Below are positions 19,397 to 29,600 of a stretch of 64,000 nucleotides of DNA, piece after piece. The stretch comes from Candidatus Peregrinibacteria bacterium (GTDB lineage: Bacteria > Patescibacteriota > Gracilibacteria > UBA1369). The notes beneath the pieces are model-generated. The model did no database searches. It was given only the letters and a program-made list of their open reading frames with translations, and was not told the origin of the DNA. The stretch covers positions 38,325 to 102,324 of the forward strand of contig PLYH01000003.1 in NCBI GenBank assembly GCA_003153355.1, in the 5' to 3' direction. Each line of letters starts with the position of its first letter. Position 1 is the stretch's first letter. The position numbers and the translations under genes are program-made.

Positions 19397-19915
19397 ATGA
19401 CAAATCCTCACTCCCTGAAAGGTTTTACCCTCATTGAACTTTTGATCGTTATTACGATCATCGGTATCTTGGCTGTTGCGCTTTTACCATCGGTACTCGG
19501 AGCTCCGGCACGCGCCCGTGATGCTGCACGCAAGGCTGATTTGAATAACATTATTGCGGGACTTGAAACCTACGACAGTGACCACCAAGGTTATCCAGCT
19601 GCTGTTAGCCCAACTGGAGATTGCGTACAGGATATGGCAGGTATTGCAAATTATTTCCAAGGCGGAAAAGCACCGGTTGATCCTCAAGGTAAAGGTCTTA
19701 AAACATGTACAGGAGCACCTTTAACTGGCAGTTATGTTTATTGCCAACTTTCAGGCAATCCGGCAAATTATGTCATTATTGCACAAATGGAAGTTCAGGG
19801 AGATGCGAACAGCACTACTCTTGCAGCACCTTTATCTTGCAGCTCTACTGGAACAGCTCCGGCATTGGTTACTCCAACTTCTGCTGCTCCTTGGTATTAT
19901 ATTTTAACGAAGTAA
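19397..19915 (+). CDS. type IV pilin (prepilin with class III signal peptide)
   Basis: MTNPHSLKG|FTLIELLIVITIIGILA is the canonical G|F(T)LIE cleavage/methylation motif with Glu+5. Cys residues lie in the C-terminal half. The ORF-track start 19319 lies upstream of the predicted promoter. Confidence 0.85.
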   Translation: MTNPHSLKGFTLIELLIVITIIGILAVALLPSVLGAPARARDAARKADLNNIIAGLETYDSDHQGYPAAVSPTGDCVQDMAGIANYFQGGKAPVDPQGKGLKTCTGAPLTGSYVYCQLSGNPANYVIIAQMEVQGDANSTTLAAPLSCSSTGTAPALVTPTSAAPWYYILTK

Positions 19916-19932
19916 TTCTTCCTTCGATTCCT

Positions 19933-19961
19933 AAAGCCCCGCATTCGGCGGGGCTTTTTTG
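19933..19961 (+). terminator. rho-independent terminator after the pilin gene
   Basis: GCCCCGC / GCGGGGC stem, ATTCG loop, then TTTTTT. Confidence 0.8.
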
Positions 19962-19966
19962 TTGTC

Positions 19967-20275
19967 TCAGTTTTCGAGTTTGGTGATGCGCTGTTCGTGG
20001 TTTTGCAATTTGGTATTTATCGGCTTTAGATAGTCAAAAATTTGACTGAAAAGCTTGTCATGTCCTTCAAGTTTTTCATCAATGTGACTAAAACGCTTTC
20101 TCACTTCCGCCTGAAAAACTGCGGCATCACCGGCAAGCTGGTCGATCATATTTCCGACCTCCAGACTCATTAAAACGAATCGTTCATCGATTTGCTCGAA
20201 GCGCTTGTCGATCATTTTGAATTTCGGATCAAGAGCTTCAACGATTTGCTGGAGATCTTTTTTTGTTAATGTCAT
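19967..20275 (-). CDS. hypothetical coiled-coil protein (102 aa)
   Basis: Clean ORF with heptad-like charged composition. I recognise no family. Confidence 0.45.
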   Translation of the reverse strand: MTLTKKDLQQIVEALDPKFKMIDKRFEQIDERFVLMSLEVGNMIDQLAGDAAVFQAEVRKRFSHIDEKLEGHDKLFSQIFDYLKPINTKLQNHEQRITKLEN

Positions 20276-20571
20276 AAATTCTATTCAATGATTATTACTG
20301 CCATTAAAACAAAAGAAAATGAAGGGTTTTTAAACTGAATCTTAAGTTTTCTTAAAATTCCGGGATGAGTTTTCAAAATAAACTTTTTTTCATGGGACTC
20401 AAGGTTTCTTTTGGAAAAAGTTTTGACGGTTTTGGTGTTCATGGAGTGATCTTTTTTGGGTCAAAAAATGTAGCCAAAAAACTATTTTATAAGCTGTCAA
20501 TTTGAACTTGACCGAAATAGAGGTTTTTTGATCTGCTGGCCGCTTTTTCGATCCTAAAAAATGTGTTTTTC

Positions 20572-20580
20572 TGCTAAAAT
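20572..20580 (+). promoter_or_regulatory. putative extended -10 element (TGCTAAAAT) upstream of the giant gene
   Basis: TGnTAAAAT lies 29 nt before ATG 20609, at the end of a 333-nt intergenic region. Confidence 0.3.
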
Positions 20581-20608
20581 ATAAAGAAATAAAAACAAAA
20601 CCTACGAG

Positions 20609-23600
20609 ATGCAAACTTTTCGATCACAATACAAAAATTTCCAACGGAATATTGCGGGATTTCTCATCTTCAGTTTGGGAGTGCAAATGCTCCAGATTCC
20701 GATCGTGAACGCGGCGCCTTTTGTGTTCCCGACGAGTCTTGAGCAACAGGCAAACACCGGTTCAAACACCGTTGCAGAAAATAACTGGGGAGTTGTCGCA
20801 ATTTTGGTTGAGAGCAGTCTGCTGACCGATACGACAAATTATCCGGGAATGATTTCGAGTTATGCTTCTGACCTGAAAGCGCAATCACTGAGCGACCGCA
20901 TCCAGCGTTATGCGATCGACGTACAGAGTTCGCAGGAGTACACCAAGTCGCTCATCATCAAGGTTGATAAAAATGAAAAAGTTGACCAGGTCGCCGCGGC
21001 TTTGGAAAAACTTTATCAGGAAGGAGACGGCACTCCGAATGAAATCACGAAACTTTCCGGAGTTGTTATCATCGGCGATGTGCCTTTGCCGGTGGTAAAC
21101 AAAAAAGGCAACCACTTTGTGAGTCTTTTCCCGTACACGAATTTTGTTGATAAAGCATATATTTTCAATGCGACCTCCGGCGAATACGAACCGAATCCGG
21201 ATCTTAAGTTTCCAAAACAGGACGTTTGGGACGGCGTCATCAAACCACCGGTTGCAGATGATACTGCGGGCGACGACGGACGCCAGCTGCTCGCAAGTTA
21301 TTTTGACAAGAATCATCTTTTCCATTTGGGCCGTCCGGATTTTGCCCAGTTCGACAAGAAATCGCTCGTTGCCGATCTCTACAACGAGTTCAAGGGCATG
21401 AACACTTCGTCCTACGCAAGTTACCTGCGCTATCTGGCGCACTGGGAAGATTTTTCCTATCTGCGTTACAGCAAAACTCTGGCTCTCCAGTTTTACCAGG
21501 AGGTTCAGAGTCAGCTCAAGGACCAGGGTTTGACTGACCAGCAGCTTCAGCCGAAATCCACCTGTGACCCTCAGTGCGTGATTCAGAAAAATTCACGCAA
21601 TTCGGATTTTGACGGCGACGGCTACAGCAACGGTTACGAACTTGAAGTGGGAACAAAACTGGCCGATGGCACAAATCAGCCGACGGATCCGAACAGTCCC
21701 GACAGCGTTCCTCTGGATTTAACGGCATTCCCTCCAAAACTCCGGACCGATCCGGATCCAAAAACTTATAAATCCACGGATGACGGCAGCCACCTTGATC
21801 GCCCAGATCCTCCTCCGGGAAGTTCAAGCGTGGAAGATTCTTTTAAAACTCTTCCGGATGTTCAAAGCAAACAGATCATCACTAATTTCATAGACCAGTA
21901 TTCCCAGCTTTTTGATAAATTCCTCGGTGTCGTCAATGACTGGACCGATAATACGGGGAGGTATAAATCCAGCTACCTTGATGGAGGCGGAATAAATCAA
22001 AGTGATGTGAACAGTCTGTCTTCGCTCATCGGCATCAAGGACGATTACACTTCGCATTATCTGCGCATGGTCAATGATACGGTCGAACAGAAAATCGACG
22101 CGGTCATTGAAGGCGCCGTTTCGAACATCGGATATACCTTCAACAGTGTTCCGGAAGGAACGCAGCTGTTCTTTAATTTTACGCTTGGTTCCGGAAGTAC
22201 CGCTTCGCTTGCTCCCGGCATGAATTTAAGGATCAGCGATAATGCGGGCGGAAGTTCAGTCGTGACCGTGACTTCAATCGTAAATTCTTCCAGCTTCATC
22301 GTTCAGCAGGTGGTCGGACCGATCGCCAAAGGCGCGAATGTGGTGATCGTTAATCCCGGCGCAAGATTGTACGGGCAGGTTCAAATGCTGAAAGGCGCCA
22401 AAATTACCGGAACTTTGACGTACAGCAGCGACAATTCGGTTCACAATCTTACCGAAGCGGACTTTTTAAATTTCTCAACGCACACGCTCGGTTTTTGGGA
22501 CAGTCTTTTCATTAATGGAAGCGCGATCGCTTCGAGCTTTCCGGCAAGTCTGGGCAGTTTGTTCAATCCGGCGTCGAGCATTGCCAGCTGCATGCTCTAC
22601 CGCGGCTCCAACGACAACACCGGGAAAAATTCGGTGATGGTTCAGGCGGTACGCACGCTTGATCCTAAAACGGCAGGCAAACCCGGCGATAACACGGCCT
22701 ATGCTGAATGTTACGGGAATAATATTCTCCATCCTGAACGCTGTTTCCCGGTTGCGGCACAGTCGCCGATTTTCGACATCAACGGAACCAAAGCAATAAC
22801 ACCAGGCACGGTTTCGGATGCTGCCACCGATTACCGCTCGTGTTTTGATTTCAAAGAAAAAACCCGTTTCCAGGATTACGTTAATGAAGTGAACAATTAT
22901 ATCAGCCAGCTTGACGGAGCCGACAATGAACAGGCCAAGTCAGCGATTGCTTTACCGGGATCTCCATACCGTCCTGCGGATCAGATCAATTTGTATAACG
23001 CAGACGGCATCACCATTACTCTCGCCGATATTCTTAATTCTTTCGGACGCGGCGACGGTAAAGACAATGACGGCGACGGCGTGATTGATAACGCCGCGGA
23101 AAGCAGTACTACTTACGGCATCCCGGTCAACGACTGGCAAAGGATCGGTCAGACTTTGCTCCAAAAGAGCCAGAGTTATTTGTTTAACGGCACTCCGGAA
23201 CCTTTCGCAGGCGTAAAAAGTTTATCGCTTCAGGTTGATCCGGCTGCAGCCACGGATTCCAGTTCAAATAATGTGTATCTGGACAGTATCACCTATCATA
23301 AAGATCCGACCAACCAGACGATTGCCGATCAGTTGAAAGCCGGCGGTTACGCCAATTCGATGCCGATCGATAATCCTCGTTATGTGACGTTCCAGGATAA
23401 AAGCACGGATAAAACTTACCGTAAAGTTGTTTATCCGGATGTTTTCCAGGCTACATCGTACGATGATTTTGTGAACCAGCTGAAAGCGAAAGAAACTGAA
23501 ATTCAGAATATTGCCAATGCCAGCGGAATTTCCGTGAACATGAGCGGACAGCTGACCGGGCTTGTCAACGGCAGCCAAGATATCTTTACGAGTCCGAACG

Positions 23601-26600
23601 ATACCGCACTTACCATTGCAGGTTCGGCTGATCTTACCGATTCGTTCGCATGGAGAGACATGAATATCGATACAAAACATGCGTACGCTCTTTCCCATTA
23701 TTTATCCAATCTTGCGAGCTACAATCCTTATGCGGCTCCTGTTCCTTCCGGTTATGAAACAACCTACATCGTCAGCAAACCCGCTGAAGATCCGGTGACG
23801 AAACAAACGTCGGACGCGCTGGTGATGCGCTTTAACGGAAACTATCCGCAAAGCGAAGTTGATCCCGATTTCCAGGCGGGACAAAATCCTCCGACAACTC
23901 CGATAACGGGGCCCGGGGGCGGCGCTCCTTCAAACTCTTCCGGCGATTTTGGAAGTTTCTGCGGACAGTCCGGACCGAGCGTGATTATTTTTTCCTGGTT
24001 CTGCGCGATTACCGACTGGGTGAAACAAACAGCCAAACTCATGAGCGCAACGGTTTCGTTGCAGCCCGCTTGTACGATTCCTACCAGTTCCCTGAATGAT
24101 GCCCTTCCGGCTCCTTTACCATCAAATGATTTGGGCACAGGACCGAACGGCGAAGTGCAACCCGGCGGAACCGGAGGTCCGGACAAGACGACGAAATTTT
24201 TAATCAGCGCGAGTAAGGACGCCTTGAAAACGGGCTCCTCGGATACTCTTATTATTAATATTGAAGGAGTTTCCGGATCGAACGTTGTACAAACCGGCGA
24301 CAGCAAAACTCTTGTGGATTTGAATATTTCTCAAGTAAACGGCAAAGATATTGCAGTTCCGATTTCCACGCATCCGGCCCAGCTCCACAACGGAACCGCA
24401 AACATTACGCTGGAGTCAACCAGTGACGAAGGCGTGTTTACGGTCAAAGGCATCAGTCCTTCAACACCTTCGCTTGGTTCGAATACCTTAAGCATCGCTT
24501 CGACGAAAGGGTACATCAGCATTCTGACCTACACCAAAAACGGCAGTTTAAATCTGGGGCAGATTACCGGCGCAGGATTTATTATTAAAAATAAAGACGA
24601 TAAAATCGTTGCCGACGTTGACGGAACCACGGGCATGGTGACCATCACCGATTCCGGTTATCAGCTTATTGCGCTGCCTTCAAAAGCCGATAAGGCTGCG
24701 CGTCTTGGAGTGCAGGAAAAAGCGACCGGGACAGTTATTGCCAGCGTATTTTTCGTGGTGGATAAAACAAAGCCGGTGGTCCTTGATGACGAGACCATGG
24801 ACTATTTCGCAAAGTATAAAGATCTGACCGGCGTACATGTCCAGGATCTGAACATTGCCGATCCATACAGCGTTGAAACTGTCGGTGCGGACAATGTTTC
24901 AAATCCGAGCGGCGCTTATATTTACCTGAACCAGGGCACGAATAAAAAGAAAATCGGCATTGTGGATACGATGGGAAATATTTTCATCGATCCGTCGCTG
25001 GGCTTTCAAATGAAACCGGCCGCGACAAGTTCCAGCCCGGTGGTTTTCCAAATCACTGACGGAAGCGGCAAAGAACTTTTCAACGTTTATCTTGCGGCGA
25101 AATATCCGAAGATTCAGATTCTTGCGCCTTCCGGCGATTTCCAGGATTTCAATCTGATCGCTTTTGAAAACAACATGAAAGCAGCCGGCATGAGCACTAT
25201 TTCTCAGGGTGTCGGTTCGATGCTCAGCGGAAAACTTTTAGGTTATCTCGATTCGACCGTCGCTACGACCGCGCATGCGCAAGACGTTTCTTCCACCCAG
25301 AATTTTTCATCATCGCAGCAGGTCAAACATCAGATTCCTGATACGGATAACGACGGCCTGAACAACATGGATGAAATTATCTTGGGAACGGCTTACAAAA
25401 ATCCCGACACGAACGGTAACGGAACCAAAGACGGTCAGGATATTTTAAAAGGCATTGATCCGATCAAGCCCGGCAACGTTCCGATTTTTTCAGACATCAA
25501 TCCGTCAAGCGAGGGCTTTGCAGACATTATGAAATTGTACCGACGCGGCATATTACATGGTTATCCTGACGGTACGTTCAGACCCGATCGCGCGATCAGC
25601 CGCGAAGAGTTCACGAAGTTTGATCTCGGCAGCATTTGTATTCTCTGCGCGCACTTTAATGATGCGATCAAAAAAGCCGTGGACCTGATTTATCATCAGA
25701 GTCCGTTCCCTGATAAAAACATCACGTCTTCACTTCTGTACTGCGTGGAAGAGTCCAAGAACCGCAGTCTTATCAGCGGATACCAGGCCGGTCCGCAGAA
25801 AGGTTATTTTATTCCTCAGGCGAACATCACCCACGCAGAAGCCACAAAAGATCTTCTGGAAACGGCGCGGCAGCAAAATAATACTTCAATAAAATTTGTC
25901 GATCCTTCGGTGGGCGCAGGAAAACCGTGGTTCTATACATACGTTCTCACCGCGCAGCAGGAAAAACTTTTCCCGCCGGGAAGATTTTCGCAGCTCGACA
26001 CCATGGATCCGCAATCTTTCAAAGCGTGGTTCGACAATGAACTCAACAATCAGAACAGCACGTTCGTTGCGTGGCTTTACGCGGACATAACGCGTACGGA
26101 ATTCGCCATGATGACGTCGCGTCTTATTGATAAGGCCGACTGTTATCTGGACGATCAGGACGGCGACGGACTTCCTGATAATTATGAAAAATATGTTTTC
26201 GGAACAGATCCGACCAATCCTGATACTGATAAAGGCGGTGTGGATGACGGCACTGAAGTCGCAAACGGCATGAATCCCCTTGATCCTTCCGACGACGCAA
26301 AACTTCTGGACAGCGACGGTGACGGACTTTCCGATTACGATGAAATTCATGTGTATCATACCGATCCGCATAAAGCCGATACGGACGGTGGCGGCATTGA
26401 TGACGGCACTGAAGTGAAGAACGGAACAAATCCTCTGGATCCTAAGGACGATCATCTGTTTGACGGCGATCACGACGGCATGCCGGATGAATGGGAATTG
26501 AAAAACGGATTGAATCCGCATGATGCTTCGGACGCAAATAAAGATCCTGACGGAGACGGTCTTACGAATCTTCAGGAATATCAACACGGTACCGATCCGC

Positions 26601-29600
26601 ACAATCCTGATACGGACGGCGGCGGCGTGAATGACGGCGATGAAGTTCTGCGCGGCACCGATCCTTTGAATAAAGCTGATGATCACAAAATTTTGAAGGG
26701 CGATGAAGGCGGTTACATTGTCGGCGATAAAGTTTTCGACAATTATGTCTATGGCACTCCGAGCGATTCCGCGACCGTAGGCTCTGAAAGTTTGGATTAT
26801 ATTGATGACATTCCTGCAGACGGACAAACCAGTCTGGTCGTCCGCGCGGAAGTTAAGAACGGTAACGGAGATACTGATAAGACCACGGACGGAGAAACAA
26901 TGGAGTTCAAAACTTCCGAAAACAATACCGGACCTTACGCCGTTCTTAACCCGACGGCCGTAAAGGTGAAACAAGGCATCGCCGAAACGAACATTCAAGC
27001 AACGACTTTGGCCGGTGAATATATCGTTACGGCGGATCTTAAAGGTTTGCCTGTTCCCGCTGATGACCATTCGGTCTTTGTGACGCCGCTTGATCCTGCA
27101 AAAATCGTTATGGACGCGGACTCCCACACGCTCAAAAACGGCGGGCTTTCCAATACGATCATTCACGCCAAGCTTGAGGATGTGAACGGAAATTTAGCGA
27201 ATAATAATTCTTACCGCGCTTCATTTACGGTCGACGGTCCTGGAACTCTTGATGCTTCCAAAGATGAAGATCCGGCGACAGACGGAATTCAGATGACGAG
27301 CGTCACAGGAACGTATGATCTTATGCTCACAACAACAGCAGACCCCGGAGCCATTAAAATTCATGCGACCTATCTTCCGGACACCAGCCTGCTTGACGAC
27401 AGCGGAAGCACTCAACAGTCCGACACCCAACAGGCTGCCGCTTCAAGCGTCACGGGCGATATGACGATCCAGTCGCGCAGTGATTTGAAACTCCTCGTGA
27501 ATGCCGACAAATCCAGCATTCCTTCTGACTTCACCACAACGGACGTCCTTAATGTAAGCATTGTCGACGGCAGTAATAATCTGGTCAGCGACTTTGACGG
27601 GACGGCCAAATTCAACCTGGATAACACCTCACTCGGACAGCTTACCGCCGGTGCGGAGCAGGATGTTAAGAGCGGCATCAGTAAAGCGATCTTCCAGTCT
27701 TCAAATCATTCCGGAAGTGAAAATATTACGGTGACGGTCGCAGGATTTGATCCGGCAACGACCACCATCAAGACACTGCCGAAAGCAGCGAAAAAAATTA
27801 CCCTGGAAACTCCGCGCGCGACGATTGAAAACAATACCAGCTCTACGGCGGACATCGTCGCAAAGCTTTACGATACCGACGATAACTTTGCCTCCAACGA
27901 TTCTTCAACCTTCGTTACATTTAACCTCACGGACGATACGAAAGCTTACGGAACGTTTGACGGATCGACAACGGTTCAGGCGCAAAACGGCATCGCGAAA
28001 ATTACGATCCGAGGAACTTCGCAAAGCGGACCGCTCAACGTGGTGGCCAAAGGCACGAATCTTGTTACCGCTTCTGCGAGCCTTGAATCCGTCCAGCTTT
28101 TCCGCTCACAGGATCTTAAGAATGCATCGCCGCGCACACTTTTTGCGGCGCTCCTGGGAAGTGATTACGGAAATGTTTTTGATGAAAACTATTTTGGAGG
28201 TTGGTTTGTATTCAGCGGGACCACCGAAAGCGCCGTTTCATTATTGAGTGCGCCGAAGCCGAATTTACAACTCGCCAATGTTGACGCAAACGGCAAGGTT
28301 ACTGTTTTTGATACGAACTCTCTGGATTCGCGCGTGATTCCAGGCAATGCTCCGAACCTGCCGACACGCGTTGTTTTGACGAACCCGGACAGTTCCGAAG
28401 ATTTAGCCGAAGTATTTACCGTCTACAAACCTACATCGCAAACCAAAGCAACGATTCTTGATGCGAGCGGACAAGTTGATCCGACACAGGAAGGCATTTA
28501 TGTTCAAAGCATCGCAAAAAACACCGACTACTCAATCCAGCAAGTTTCTGATGGCGTAGCCATTTTGAAAAAAGGCAACGAAGCGGTCCATGTTTATAAC
28601 TCCGGTTCGATCAAGATTGTGGACAACAGTTTCCAGCTGCAGCTGGTTCAAAGCGATACGCAGCAATTTTTGACATTCAAAGTGACGGACAATTCCGAAG
28701 ATGTCGCCCAACTCACTGCAGTCGCAAATTTAAGTAATGATGTCGGACTCCTTGGTACGGACTTCAATTTTAACGGCACGGCAAGTTTAAAGAGCGGAAC
28801 CTATTTCCACATGCTCTCGGACAAAGACCAGTACCGCGGACAAGTGACGTTCTCCGGAGATTCTTCGGCCAACCCGCGCGGAATGGCTCTGACGGATATG
28901 ACCCAGAACATGCCAAAATCCCAGGCTCCGGGTTTCAGTTATATTTCTCTGGAAGCAAGTCCGGAGCAGGCCGGTATCGGCTACACCGGAGACAGTAAAT
29001 TTATGCTGCTTTTTGCGGCGGGAAATTCCGCTGGCGAATCCACTATGCCGTACTCTTCGGAAATCGGCGTGGTGCTTGGCGATCCGACGGTCCGTCTCAA
29101 TAATAAAATCAATGTTTCAAAAACCGGCTACACCAAAGATGTCGGTCAGGAAATTTATTTCGGCAGCGAAAATATTCAGGACATTACCCCGATGGATTAC
29201 AACGGTGACGGACTCACGGATCTGCTCGTCGCTTATACGGACGGAAGAGTCAGGCTGCTCCAGAATAACAAAGCCAATCCGCGTTTTGTAGATAAAGGAA
29301 TTCTGCTGGATTTTCCGAACGGCATCATCAGCATGACGACGGGTGACTTCAATCATGACGGACTGCAGGATCTGGTCGTCGCGACGAAGGACAGCTGTCG
29401 ACAGGGCGAAGTATGTATCAACGAATATGAAAATCATCACGGAAATTTTGTTTTGAAATATCTGCCGCTCCAGCCGTTCACGGATAAAAACCAAATTTCC
29501 ATGATACGTTCTGCAGACCTGAACGGAGACGGATATGATGATCTGATAACTTCGGATGATACGGGAGCGATCCGCGCGTTCTACAACAAGCACGGCGAAT

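Noticed and set aside
20885-21442. A 185-aa minus-strand ORF, and many other 60-185-aa antisense or out-of-frame ORFs across 20.6-37.4 kb (for example 23264..23698, 23842..24306, 29117..29593, 34178..34732).
   Set aside because: All are fully embedded in the 16.8-kb ORF, which has coherent domain content. None shows a signal, a motif or an independent promoter or terminator.
23045-23060. An RGD tripeptide (GRGDG) in the giant protein, a potential integrin-type adhesion motif.
   Set aside because: A tripeptide is expected by chance in 5,609 aa. Here it is simply the start of a DxDxDG Ca-binding loop ([12 protein letters not shown]). There is no basis for a functional claim.
25886-27166. A 426-aa ORF on the minus strand inside the giant gene.
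   Set aside because: It lies antisense to the Asp/Gly-rich TSP3 repeat array. Its translation is low-complexity (R/I/V/F-rich) with no start context or motifs, so it is an artefact of biased repeat sequence in the sense frame.
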